The notes under the pieces: generated by a model
The model's input: only the letters and a program-made list of their open reading frames with translations
Database searches by the model: none
Told to the model about the DNA's origin: nothing
In this document: in pieces, positions 1 through 9,873 of the stretch
Layout: every line of letters begins with the position of its first letter
How positions within the stretch are numbered: the first letter of the stretch is position 1
Assembly (NCBI GenBank): GCA_963664815.2
Contig: CAXXHB010000003.1
Location: forward strand, 192,001 to 256,000
Origin: Spirochaetota bacterium
GTDB lineage: Bacteria; Spirochaetota; UBA4802; UBA5550
DNA length: 64,000 nucleotides
Direction: 5' to 3'
Translations under genes and position numbers: made by a program

Positions 1-1
1 A

Positions 2-523
2 GCTGTAATCAATGTTGGTGCAGCAACTGAAGTTGAACTTAAAGAGAAAAAAGCAAGAGTTGAAGATGCTCTCTCTGCAACAAGGTCAGCAGTTGAGGAA
101 GGTATTGTTCCTGGTGGAGGATTAACTCTTATACATGCACAGAAATCAGTTAGGGAAACTGCTGCTAAGCTTTTAGGTGATGAAAGAATTGGTGCGGAGA
201 TTATTGCAAAAGCTATTGAAACTCCAATGAAGCAAATTGCTTCTAATGCAGGGCTGGAAGGTTCTGTAATAGTTGAAAAAGCGAAAGAGGAAAAACCTGG
301 AATTGGTTTTAACGCGTATTCATTAACATGGGTGAATATGATTGATGCTGGTATTATTGATCCAGCAAAGGTTGTTCGTTCAGCTCTTCAGAATGCTGCA
401 TCTGTTGCAGGAATGCTTTGTACAACAGAAGTTCTTATCTCTGATAAAAAGGAAGAAGAAAAAATGGGTGGCATGCCTGGCGGCGGAATGGGCGGTATGG
501 GCGGTATGGGCGGTATGTATTAA
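2..523 (+). CDS. groL: Chaperonin GroEL, 3' part (5'-truncated by window edge)
   Basis: Frame open from base 2: [24 protein letters not shown]...EEGIVPGGG...[20 protein letters not shown], ending in the GGM-repeat tail. Confidence 0.98.
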   Translation, partial: AVINVGAATEVELKEKKARVEDALSATRSAVEEGIVPGGGLTLIHAQKSVRETAAKLLGDERIGAEIIAKAIETPMKQIASNAGLEGSVIVEKAKEEKPGIGFNAYSLTWVNMIDAGIIDPAKVVRSALQNAASVAGMLCTTEVLISDKKEEEKMGGMPGGGMGGMGGMGGMY

Positions 524-551
524 AACCGGAATATTTAACACCGGAAAATAT

Positions 552-588
552 AAAAAAAGAGGGTGGTCAATGATCGCCCTCTTTTTTT
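552..588. terminator. Bidirectional rho-independent terminator
   Basis: A7-GAGGGTGGTCA-A-TGATCGCCCTC-T7 hairpin between convergent groEL and the 607..2892 gene. Confidence 0.85.
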
Positions 589-606
589 ATAAATTTATAA
601 AATCAA

Positions 607-2892
607 TTATTCATTTGTAAGGATAGTTGTATTAATTGGAGAAGATATACTCATGTCTTCAAAATTTTCAATAATGTTATTTCCGTAGTAATAATCTGAA
701 AATATTAAAGTTGAATAAGCAAAATTCATTTTAAAAAGAAAAGAATTGTTAACCATAAAAGATTGGAAAGACGTTGATGAAACTGTTGAATATCTTGAGT
801 TTTGAATAACATTCTCTATAGTATCAGGACCACCGGATAGATGACAATATTCAATTTTAAAAAGTCTTGATAGGAAATTTAGTTTTTCATCAGGAATTTT
901 ATATTTTGATTTAGTCAGAAGTCCCCATCTCCAGTTTTCCATATATGGTCCATCTTTTCTATTTAAAAACCTCATGGCGTCCATAAAAGCTGTGTCGAAA
1001 ATCATTTCTCTGCTTTCTACATTTGGTGTATCAGGATTGTCAAAAATAGTGGTTAAATTTTTTTGACTTTGTTTAAAGAAGTCTGAATAAAGTAAATAAG
1101 CGCTGTTTAAATTAAATTCAGAATCTTTTCCGAAATCATCCTTGTATGCTTCAGTTATATAATGCCCAAGTATAGTATAAAAAATAGTTGGAGATTGCAA
1201 TCCTGATTTAGCTGTAAAATCCCAATCGTTGAAATAAATCATCGATAGCTTTGAAGAAGTAAGAGGCGTGTTCCTGAGAATTGAACTGAAAAGAGGGAAA
1301 AATTTTTCTGCAGCCATTGAATGAGTGTCAGTGATAATATTTTTTACAAGATCATTATCATAAATTTTTTTTTGTACAAGAAGAGAATTAAATCTTTCAA
1401 TTTTAAAATCATTAGTAATAATATTATTATAGTTATCAGGAATATCTTTTATGGTTATCAGATCGCTTCCAGCATAATCAATCCCTGTAATTTTTTTAGA
1501 GATTGAAATTTTAGTATAAGGTGATTTATTGAAGTAAAGATTGGAAGAATTTGAACCATCTATAAATATTTTATTATTATTATCAGATTTAATAATCATT
1601 CCTGTGAATACTTTATAAGCATTTATATAATCTGATAAAATAAAACATTTTAAAGAAGAATCATTTGCAAGTAGCATTTGTTTTATTTTTTCAATATCGT
1701 TTTCGAATGGTATTTGTAACATCATATTTACATATTCAGTTTCTTCTTGAGCTGATTCAATGACTAGTATTTTTGTATCAGTTTTTTTTGAACTTATAAG
1801 TTCGCTGAATACAGGTCCTTTTTCAGTAATCCATTTAATTTGTGAAGCCTTTTCATTTTCATTAAATACTGGAATTCGCGTAGATAGATATTCTTTCCAT
1901 ACACCAGCTGATTTGTATTTTGGAATGTTTTCAATAGTATTCGTTTCGAAGAGGTAAAAGTTTTGAGAATCAGCATTAATATTAATTTGGGTTAATGAAA
2001 TAGAATCACTTTTGAATGACAGAATGAAAGGTAATCCATTGTAAGTAATAGCACAGATTTTTTTACCTTTTAAAACTAATGTTACGGGATACCATCCGGG
2101 ATAAATATTTGCTGAATCTTCAAAATTGAGAGTTGTATAAGGGCTTTTTCCGGTAGTTGAAAATTCAGGGGCTATGTATATAGAATTGCCACGGGCAAAT
2201 GTACAGATGTATTTTTCAATTATTTCTTTAATTCTTCTCAGTGTGTATAAATGCCTTATGTCATCATCGCTATAAAAAGAGACATATCTGGTATCATCAA
2301 ATATATTTTTAGCAGATGATATTTTTGTGTCTGAAAGATTAAATATTAATTCTTTATTATTAAGAAAAGAATTAGCCCACTCTTTCATGAGTAAAACTGC
2401 TAGAACATCTTCTATGGTCCATTCACGACTAAGAAAATTTCGTACAGAATTTTTATTTCGTACATGATTGATACCATTTACATAACATTTCAATGAAGCA
2501 ATATCTGCTTCTTGGAGTGTGGCAACAATATCACCGGCTTTTTTTGTAAAACCTGCAGTATTACAAAGATCATTGAGAAGAACTTTGTCATTCAGAGCAA
2601 AACGGCCTGAATCACCTGTTGCAATTGATCTCTGATATTCGATAATATTAATTCTATCTTTTGCATGAAGATAACCAAGCGCAAAATAAAAATCATTTAT
2701 TGATTCGGCTTCAATTGTAGGTGTACCACTATCATTTCTTGTGATTATTACTTTAGAATCTACATTATCCTTTTCAATTGTATTATATGAAATTTTAAAA
2801 ACATTAAAAATAATATAAAGTGTTACAGGTATAATAATGATAATGGATGCTATAATAATAACGGTAATTTTAAATTTCTTTTTTAAAATCAT
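607..2892 (-). CDS. Penicillin acylase (Ntn-hydrolase S45) family protein, N-terminal membrane anchor, probably inactive
   Basis: Alpha-chain motif ITRNDSGTPTIEAES..DFYFALGYLHAKDR and C-terminal WRWG; the expected GSNxW nucleophile site reads RGNSIYIAP. Confidence 0.75.
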   Translation of the reverse strand: MILKKKFKITVIIIASIIIIIPVTLYIIFNVFKISYNTIEKDNVDSKVIITRNDSGTPTIEAESINDFYFALGYLHAKDRINIIEYQRSIATGDSGRFALNDKVLLNDLCNTAGFTKKAGDIVATLQEADIASLKCYVNGINHVRNKNSVRNFLSREWTIEDVLAVLLMKEWANSFLNNKELIFNLSDTKISSAKNIFDDTRYVSFYSDDDIRHLYTLRRIKEIIEKYICTFARGNSIYIAPEFSTTGKSPYTTLNFEDSANIYPGWYPVTLVLKGKKICAITYNGLPFILSFKSDSISLTQININADSQNFYLFETNTIENIPKYKSAGVWKEYLSTRIPVFNENEKASQIKWITEKGPVFSELISSKKTDTKILVIESAQEETEYVNMMLQIPFENDIEKIKQMLLANDSSLKCFILSDYINAYKVFTGMIIKSDNNNKIFIDGSNSSNLYFNKSPYTKISISKKITGIDYAGSDLITIKDIPDNYNNIITNDFKIERFNSLLVQKKIYDNDLVKNIITDTHSMAAEKFFPLFSSILRNTPLTSSKLSMIYFNDWDFTAKSGLQSPTIFYTILGHYITEAYKDDFGKDSEFNLNSAYLLYSDFFKQSQKNLTTIFDNPDTPNVESREMIFDTAFMDAMRFLNRKDGPYMENWRWGLLTKSKYKIPDEKLNFLSRLFKIEYCHLSGGPDTIENVIQNSRYSTVSSTSFQSFMVNNSFLFKMNFAYSTLIFSDYYYGNNIIENFEDMSISSPINTTILTNE

Positions 2893-2897
2893 ATTCT

Positions 2898-3344
2898 TTA
2901 TTCTTTAATAACTGTAATATTTGAATTAGTAATTTCGATCTTTGTATAATAATTGTCAAGAGTTGAAAAATATCTTTTAAATTCACCTTTTACGTTTATA
3001 ATGGATATTCCTTTTTTCAGCTGTGATACTCTTTTAAGATTTTTTGTATAAATAAAACATTCAATATTTCCTTTTTCTGATTGTATATCAGCCAGAACAC
3101 AGAAATCATAATCAACATTTGTTGAATTTATTATATCTTTGACTTTAACTTCATTCAATATAAGAATTTTCTCGGAAAGGTTATTTTTTAAAAGCAGTAT
3201 TTCGGCGGGATTTTTAGAATTATCTATATTCTCCTTTGTAGTTAAAAGATCTTTAATGGTTATTTTTTCTCTGAATACAGAAACACTACCGCATGACAGC
3301 AGAGAAATTGTCAGAATTACGGAGCAGATAATCGTTGATTTCAT
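2898..3344 (-). CDS. Hypothetical lipoprotein (possible OB-fold)
   Basis: Likely start MKSTIICS at 3344; hydrophobic stretch then lipobox LLSC; abuts the downstream gene. Confidence 0.6.
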   Translation of the reverse strand: MKSTIICSVILTISLLSCGSVSVFREKITIKDLLTTKENIDNSKNPAEILLLKNNLSEKILILNEVKVKDIINSTNVDYDFCVLADIQSEKGNIECFIYTKNLKRVSQLKKGISIINVKGEFKRYFSTLDNYYTKIEITNSNITVIKE

Positions 3345-3659
3345 TGAGCTTGAACTCCTGACTGATAAATAATATTTTTTAAATTTAATATTTGTATCTG
3401 ACTGTAAAAATAATTTATTAATAAATTCTGTCAACTTATTATAAAAATCATTTTGTATTAAAGTATATAATCAAATAAGCATGAAATAGTGTTTTTAACT
3501 ATATATTTTTCAATGGTTGATTTCAATTTTTTGTTATTGTTTTGATTTACTGATGGTGTATATAAACAATAAAGGTTCCATAATCGGAATAGGTGAAAAA
3601 TATGCTTGAAATCAATTCAAGGATGTGAATTATGTCGGATATATATAATCAAATGAGAT

Positions 3660-4025
3660 ATGCAAATGACAAAATTAAACAGAATAGATGAAGATAATAT
3701 TGTAAACAGTATCATTGGTACCGGTTCTGAATTTAAAGGTGAGTTTAAGATAAATGGCCTGCTCAGAATAGATGGTAAATTTCAGGGAACTATTGATACT
3801 CACGGGAAAGTTCTTGTCGGCCAGACCGGTGATGCAGTAACCGACATAAAGGCGAAGCTTGTTGTTGTAGGAGGAAAAGTTTCTGGTAACATTTATGCTA
3901 CAGAGAGAGTAATTCTATTATCAACCGGTGACATCAGGGGAAATATCATAACTCCAAGTCTTGTGATGGAGGAGGGTGTTAAATTTGATGGTAACTGCGT
4001 TATAAATAAAAGGGCTGAAGAGTAG
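3660..4025 (+). CDS. Bactofilin (polymer-forming cytoskeletal protein)
   Basis: SIIGTGSEFKGEF..GLLRIDGKFQG..VVGGKVSGNI..L.MEEGVKFDGNC beta-helix signature. Confidence 0.92.
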   Translation: MQMTKLNRIDEDNIVNSIIGTGSEFKGEFKINGLLRIDGKFQGTIDTHGKVLVGQTGDAVTDIKAKLVVVGGKVSGNIYATERVILLSTGDIRGNIITPSLVMEEGVKFDGNCVINKRAEE

Positions 4026-4026
4026 G

Positions 4027-4485
4027 ATGATAGAAATTCCCAGAACTGATTCAAGGCAACAGGCAAGGGAAGGTGTTAGGTCCAAAACAAGGGCTTCTTC
4101 CGGCGGAGCTAAAATTTCTAAATTTACTTCAGAACTCGATAACAGAATTATTCTTGAATTCAATGGAACAATTGAAGAGCTTATGACTGATCTTAAAGAC
4201 CAGGAAAGGAAATTTCTTGATTCTCAATCTCTCTATGAATTAGAAAAATATAAAGCCATGATTAAAAAAATATTAAAAATGATTCTTGAAAACGGTTTTG
4301 AATCGCGAAAGCTTGAACTTACCGGTCGTGAGAAAAGAATGGGAAGGGCGGAAAAAACCATAGTTGATAAAATTGATGAAAATCTTGTTAAACTTTCTCA
4401 GATGATAACTAAATCAAGTGATGCATTTGATCTGCTTAAAACAATTGAAGAAATAAGAGGACTGATACTTGATCTTGTTTATTAG
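4027..4485 (+). CDS. YaaR/DUF327 family protein
   Basis: C-terminal IDENL..L....IEEIRGLILDL motif; position upstream of holB. Confidence 0.8.
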   Translation: MIEIPRTDSRQQAREGVRSKTRASSGGAKISKFTSELDNRIILEFNGTIEELMTDLKDQERKFLDSQSLYELEKYKAMIKKILKMILENGFESRKLELTGREKRMGRAEKTIVDKIDENLVKLSQMITKSSDAFDLLKTIEEIRGLILDLVY

Positions 4486-4520
4486 ACTCTTATCTTTACA
4501 AAAAAAATAAAGAATCATAA

Positions 4521-5522
4521 ATGAACCAGAATGGAATAATCGGACATACTCGTGAATTGAACTATCTTTTATTGTTAAATAAGATTGAGCATATGCCTCA
4601 TTCGGTATTATTCACAGGTCAGAAAGGTATAGGTAAAAGGCTTATAGCTGAAAGATTTTTAAGTTCATTTTTATGCAGAGAAAATGAATCTCCCTGTGGT
4701 TCATGTAATATTTGCAGGCAGATAGCAGCAGGAACTTTTCCTGATCTCATTATACTTGAAAAAGATGAGAAGGGCAAAATACCTGTAGGGAACAAAGAAA
4801 AGCTGATGCCAGGTTCTGTAAGATGGCTTATCGAAAAACTCACTAAAGCTTCAACAACGGGATACTATTCGGTAATTATAGATGGTGTTGATACTATATC
4901 AGAATCAGGACAGAATGCACTTTTAAAAACTATTGAGGAACCTTATTCAAAAACTTATTTCATTCTGATCGCCAGTAATAGAACGGGAATTCTTCCTACA
5001 ATAATTTCAAGATGTATTGAAGTACCATTTCAGCCGTTGAAAAATGAGGAAATTCTCAGTATTATAAAAAATAAAGGGAAGTATTCTTCTGAAACTGGAG
5101 TTAATATAGCAATATCAGGAGGTTCCGCTTATACAGCTCTTAAACTTCATGATGAATCTGTTTATAATGAAATTATGAATATAAGCGTAGCAATTTCAAC
5201 ATTTATAAAGAGTGGTAACAATGAGATGTTTAAATATACAGATGTTAAAGCTGTTCAGGACAGTGAATTTTTATTGACTGTGCTTATTAATATTTACAGT
5301 TTTATTGTCAGGAATGGATTTACAAATGAGTTAAGTCTGTTTTCAGAGGATGTAATTGTTGAACATGAAGATGCTGTTAAAATCATCAAAATACTGCTTA
5401 CATTAAAAATGGGCCTTGGCAACAATCTAAATGTAAAGAATTTTCTGAAAGGATTCATTTATTCTTATAATGCGATTGAAACTACAGGTTTTCCGGAACC
5501 TGATTTTTCGTGGTTAATATGA
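4521..5522 (+). CDS. holB: DNA polymerase III delta' subunit
   Basis: HSVLFTGQKGIGK, zinc motif C..PCGSCNIC, QNALLKTIEEP, ILPTIISRC. Confidence 0.9.
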   Translation: MNQNGIIGHTRELNYLLLLNKIEHMPHSVLFTGQKGIGKRLIAERFLSSFLCRENESPCGSCNICRQIAAGTFPDLIILEKDEKGKIPVGNKEKLMPGSVRWLIEKLTKASTTGYYSVIIDGVDTISESGQNALLKTIEEPYSKTYFILIASNRTGILPTIISRCIEVPFQPLKNEEILSIIKNKGKYSSETGVNIAISGGSAYTALKLHDESVYNEIMNISVAISTFIKSGNNEMFKYTDVKAVQDSEFLLTVLINIYSFIVRNGFTNELSLFSEDVIVEHEDAVKIIKILLTLKMGLGNNLNVKNFLKGFIYSYNAIETTGFPEPDFSWLI

Positions 5523-5654
5523 AATTTATATGTGAGTTTGATAATTATAATTCATTTGCGCTTGAAGTGTAAATAGTTGTTAAAAAATAAGAATGGAATT
5601 TCTTAAGTAGTAAAACGATGTTTTGTTGCCCAATATAATTTAATTGAGGATGAT

Positions 5655-6512
5655 ATGGAAGTTTCAGCAGTAAAATTGAGAAATAGCTATCAGATATATT
5701 TTGTTGATACTGATAATTATTTTTTAAAACAGAATTCTGAGTGTGTTGTGGAAATTGAACATGGGATAGATATGGGGCGAGTTGTAAAAATTAAGGGTTA
5801 TCAGAATAATCCGGCAATTTCAGTTACAGGTAAAATTTTGAGGAAGGCAACTCCAGAGGACCTGGAAAAGATACCTGAACTTGAATCTATAGAGGAAAAG
5901 GCTTTTACAGTGTGTCGGGAAAAATCGAAGGCAAAAAATCTTGATATGAAGCTTGTTTCGGTGAAGTGCCTTTTTGACAAAACAAAGATAATTTTTTATT
6001 TTGTAGCTGAAAACAGGATAGATTTCAGGGAACTGGTAAGGGAACTTGCGGCTGTTTTTCGAACTCGCATTGAGATGAGACAAATCGGAGTAAGAGATGA
6101 AGCAAGGATTATAGGTGGGTACGGACCATGTGGTAAACCTATGTGCTGTCTCTACCAGAGAGAGGAGTTTGAACCGGTATCAATTAAAATGGCGAAAGAA
6201 CAAAATCTTAATCTGAATTCTATGAAAATATCCGGTATGTGTGGAAGGCTTTTATGTTGCCTTGGTTTTGAGTATAATACATACAGGGAACTTAATGAAA
6301 CTATGCCGGAAATTGATTCAGTAGTTCTGGCAAGAGATAAAACATTTAAAGTGGTTTCCGTGAATACTCTTAAAGAGACAGTTATGATTAAAGAGGGTGA
6401 CAGGTTTCTTAATATCAGGACAAGAGATATGGAACTTAAAGATGGTAAATACAGGATAAAAGACGAACTGGTGGAAGAATTATTTAAAGTTGATGACGAA
6501 CATGATAAATAG
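5655..6512 (+). CDS. yaaT: PSP1/YaaT (RicT) family protein
   Basis: RIDFRELVRELA..FRTRIEMRQIGVRDEA, GPCG..CC, KISGMCGRLLCCL. Confidence 0.93.
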   Translation: MEVSAVKLRNSYQIYFVDTDNYFLKQNSECVVEIEHGIDMGRVVKIKGYQNNPAISVTGKILRKATPEDLEKIPELESIEEKAFTVCREKSKAKNLDMKLVSVKCLFDKTKIIFYFVAENRIDFRELVRELAAVFRTRIEMRQIGVRDEARIIGGYGPCGKPMCCLYQREEFEPVSIKMAKEQNLNLNSMKISGMCGRLLCCLGFEYNTYRELNETMPEIDSVVLARDKTFKVVSVNTLKETVMIKEGDRFLNIRTRDMELKDGKYRIKDELVEELFKVDDEHDK

Positions 6513-6530
6513 ATATTGTTGAGGCGGAAA

Positions 6531-8441
6531 ATGGAAAAAGTTTTTTATGTTACAACTCCGATATATTACGTTAATGCGGAACCGCATATAGGGCATGCAT
6601 ATACTACGATTCTTGCGGATTTTGTTTACAGACTTCATTCTGTGCTGGGATATGACTCATATTTTTTGACTGGTACCGACGAACACGGGGATAAAATTTT
6701 TACTGCAGCAGAGTCGAAGGGAATGACTCCACAGGATTATGCTGATGATATCAGCGGAAAGTTCAGGACAGCATGGGATGACATTGATATTAAGTATTCC
6801 GATTTTATCAGAACCACAGAGCCAAGACATAAGAAAGTTGTTCAGGAGATCTTACAGAAGATTTATGATAAGGGTGATATCTATTTTGGTAGTTATGGTG
6901 GGAACTATTGTGTCGGTTGTGAGAGGTTTCTCACTGATAAAGAGATTGTTGACGGTAAATGTCCCGAACATAACAAAATCCCGCAATTTATTGAAGAAAA
7001 GAATTACTTTTTTAAAATGAGCAAATATCAGGGATGGCTCCTTGATCATATAAATAAGAATCCGGATTTTATAAGGCCGGAGCGCTACAGGAACGAGGTG
7101 GTTTCAATGCTGAAAGGAGATGCTCTTGAAGATCTCTGTATCTCACGTCCGTCTTCAAGGCTAACCTGGGGTATTACATTGCCATTTGATGACAAGTTTG
7201 TTATTTATGTCTGGGTTGACGCTCTTATAAATTATATCAGCGCCCTCGGTTATCCGGATGATATGAAGTATAAGAAATATTGGCCTGCGGTTCAACATAT
7301 TACAGCAAAGGATATTCTTAAGCCTCATGGCGTTTTCTGGCCTGCAATACTGAAGGCCGCAGATATAGAACCTTTTGTAAACCTCAACATTCACGGGTAC
7401 TGGAACATGGATGAAACCAAGATGTCGAAAAGCCTTGGTAATGTTGTTACACCTAATGACCTGGTGAGCAGGTATGGGAATGATCAGATAAGGTATTTTT
7501 TTCTCAGAGAAATGACATTTGGGCTAGATGCAAGATTCAATGAAGATGTTATTATTGACAGAATTAATTATGATCTTGCAAACGATCTTGGAAATCTGAT
7601 CAACCGTACATTCAACATGGCAGGTAAATATTTTGAAGGTAAAATTCCTGAATCCGGCAATGATAAAGCAGGAATAGATGATTTGATAGCGGGATTTAAA
7701 AAAGCATCAGAGAGTTATATAGAGCATTGCTGCAGGTTTCAGACAAGCATTGGTTTGGAGAAGCTCTGGGAGTTTATCCGCTCGCTCAATAAATATGTTG
7801 ATGATACCAAACCTTGGCAGCTTGCAAAAGAAAATAATGTCGACAAACTCTCATCAGTTATACGAAATCTTCTCGAAGCTATATACAGCGTTGCGGTACT
7901 TCTTTCACCCGTACTTATTACAATTTCTCCGGAGATTATTTCTTCACTTAATGCGGATAAAGCGTTAACTGATATTAATTTACTGAGTAGAATGCAAAAC
8001 CTTAAAACCGGTGAGTCACTAAAAAAACTTGGAATACTCTTTCCGAAACTGGAGAAGCTGAAACAGGAAGCAATGCCTGAACTGATTAAAGAGAAAAAGT
8101 CAGAATCAGAAGGTTTAATAGAAATAAGCGATTTTGGAAAAGTTGATATTCGAGTTGCGCAGGTAGTTGATGCAGAAAAAGTTGAGGGATCTGATAAGCT
8201 GTTGTATCTGACTATTGATTCAGGTCTGGATAGACGGCAAATTGTAGCAGGAATTGCTCAGGTTTATTCACCTGAAGAAATGAAAGGGAAAAAAATATTG
8301 ATTGTAGCAAATCTGAAACCGGCAGTGATATTTGGTAAAGAATCGAAGGGAATGCTGCTTGCCGCAAAAAAAAGCAGCAAGGACAAACCGCAGGTAATTT
8401 TTGCAGATGCAAGCATGCCTGTTGGAGCACGGCTTGGTTGA
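6531..8441 (+). CDS. metG: Methionine--tRNA ligase with C-terminal tRNA-binding domain
   Basis: YVTTPIYYVN, HIGH, GTDEHG, KMSKS, single Zn knuckle, C-terminal OB domain; ATG 6531 follows RBS-like GAGG. Confidence 0.97.
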   Translation: MEKVFYVTTPIYYVNAEPHIGHAYTTILADFVYRLHSVLGYDSYFLTGTDEHGDKIFTAAESKGMTPQDYADDISGKFRTAWDDIDIKYSDFIRTTEPRHKKVVQEILQKIYDKGDIYFGSYGGNYCVGCERFLTDKEIVDGKCPEHNKIPQFIEEKNYFFKMSKYQGWLLDHINKNPDFIRPERYRNEVVSMLKGDALEDLCISRPSSRLTWGITLPFDDKFVIYVWVDALINYISALGYPDDMKYKKYWPAVQHITAKDILKPHGVFWPAILKAADIEPFVNLNIHGYWNMDETKMSKSLGNVVTPNDLVSRYGNDQIRYFFLREMTFGLDARFNEDVIIDRINYDLANDLGNLINRTFNMAGKYFEGKIPESGNDKAGIDDLIAGFKKASESYIEHCCRFQTSIGLEKLWEFIRSLNKYVDDTKPWQLAKENNVDKLSSVIRNLLEAIYSVAVLLSPVLITISPEIISSLNADKALTDINLLSRMQNLKTGESLKKLGILFPKLEKLKQEAMPELIKEKKSESEGLIEISDFGKVDIRVAQVVDAEKVEGSDKLLYLTIDSGLDRRQIVAGIAQVYSPEEMKGKKILIVANLKPAVIFGKESKGMLLAAKKSSKDKPQVIFADASMPVGARLG

Positions 8442-8447
8442 TATTTT

Positions 8448-8942
8448 ATGTTAATAGGAATAATGGCAGACACACACAATGATGTTGAGGCTATGAAAAG
8501 AGCCATATCAATATTTAATGGAAGGAACATAAAAATAATAGTTCATGCGGGAGATATTACCTCTCCCCGTATGCTTAATTATCTTAAAGGTTTCGATTGT
8601 TATATTGTTCTGGGAAATGGAGATATAATTGACAGTGAAGAAATTGATATGAAAGTTCAATCGCTAGGAATGAGATCTGTCGATACCAGCGTTGAATTTG
8701 TATGCGATGGCAAAAATTTTATGGTATTTCATGGAGATAACGTTCCGATGTATCGGGCAGCTGTTGCATCAGGAAAGTATAATTATATAATAAAAGGGCA
8801 TACTCACCATTTCGAAAATTATATATCGAATGAATGCAGGATTATTAATCCGGGTGCTGTGTATGGTCACGATGAATCTTCAATAGCAATTCTGGACACT
8901 GATTCGGATAAAGTTGAAAAGATAAGTTTAGAGGAGATATAG
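8448..8942 (+). CDS. YfcE-like metallophosphoesterase
   Basis: DTH, HAGD, GNGD, FHG, GHTH, INPG motifs. Confidence 0.9.
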   Translation: MLIGIMADTHNDVEAMKRAISIFNGRNIKIIVHAGDITSPRMLNYLKGFDCYIVLGNGDIIDSEEIDMKVQSLGMRSVDTSVEFVCDGKNFMVFHGDNVPMYRAAVASGKYNYIIKGHTHHFENYISNECRIINPGAVYGHDESSIAILDTDSDKVEKISLEEI

Positions 8943-8943
8943 G

Positions 8944-8986
8944 TTTTTCTTTAAGAAGTACAGGATTTGAACCTCTTAAAGAAAAA
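8944..8986. terminator. AU-rich inverted repeat between convergent genes
   Basis: TTTTTCTTTAAGA (8944-8956) / TCTTAAAGAAAAA (8974-8986), perfect 13-bp arms. Confidence 0.5.
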
Positions 8987-8988
8987 AT

Positions 8989-9873
8989 TTATTTTATTTT
9001 TTCCATAATCCGTTCAAAATCATCTAGAGAATAATAACTGATTTCAATTCTACCCCTGGTTCCCGAATGTTTTATTTCTACCTTGGTTCCGAGTCTGGTA
9101 ATCAGATCCTCCTCCATCTTTTTTATCTGAGGGTTCTTCACCTGTACTGATTTCTGTTCATAGTTTTTATTATTCTTTCCATTATCATCATTGACCGGTT
9201 CTATTATTGATTCCAGAGATCTGACGGAAAGTCCCTGTTCTATTATTTCGTTGAAAAGACGAATCTGCTTATCCGGATCTTCAATAGAAAGAAGAACCTT
9301 CGCATGACCGGCACTGATCCTTTTATCGATGATACCCTCCTGTATTTCCTCAGGAAGGTTAAGAAGACGCAATGTATTTGTTACTGTAGTTCTGTCTTTA
9401 CCTACTTTTTTTGCCACATCCTGCTGTTTAAGCTTAAACCTGTGTATCATCAGTTTATATGCTTTAGCCTCTTCAATGGCATTGAGATTTTCACGCTGAA
9501 TATTTTCTATAAGTGCCATGGTAAAGTTCTGTTCATCATCAGCTTCTATAACAATACCTTTAATCTTTTTCATTCCGATGAGTTTACAGGCCCTGAATCT
9601 TCGCTCTCCGGCAACAATTATAAATTCTCCATTGTTTTCCCTGACGATAATAGGTTGTATTAATCCAACAGAGTTGATCGACTCAGCTAAACCGGCAATT
9701 TCATTTTCATCAAAAATAGTTCGCGGTTGATCGGGGTTGGGAACTATTTTTAAAATATCAATTTCCCTGATTCTGTTTTTATCATGAATGACACTGTTTT
9801 CAATATCTTCAACGGATGCGGGTGAAGTGGAAATAATCGCACCGAGTCCTTTTCCTAATGCTTTTTTAGTCAT
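8989..9873 (-). CDS. parB: Chromosome partitioning protein ParB/Spo0J
   Basis: KALGKGLGAII, PNPDQPR, IVAGERRFRA, ALIENIQRENLNAIEEA, HTH. Confidence 0.96.
   Translation of the reverse strand: MTKKALGKGLGAIISTSPASVEDIENSVIHDKNRIREIDILKIVPNPDQPRTIFDENEIAGLAESINSVGLIQPIIVRENNGEFIIVAGERRFRACKLIGMKKIKGIVIEADDEQNFTMALIENIQRENLNAIEEAKAYKLMIHRFKLKQQDVAKKVGKDRTTVTNTLRLLNLPEEIQEGIIDKRISAGHAKVLLSIEDPDKQIRLFNEIIEQGLSVRSLESIIEPVNDDNGKNNKNYEQKSVQVKNPQIKKMEEDLITRLGTKVEIKHSGTRGRIEISYYSLDDFERIMEKIK

Noticed and set aside
465-520. 9-bp tandem repeat GGCGGTATG
   Set aside because: Encodes the ordinary GGM tail of GroEL
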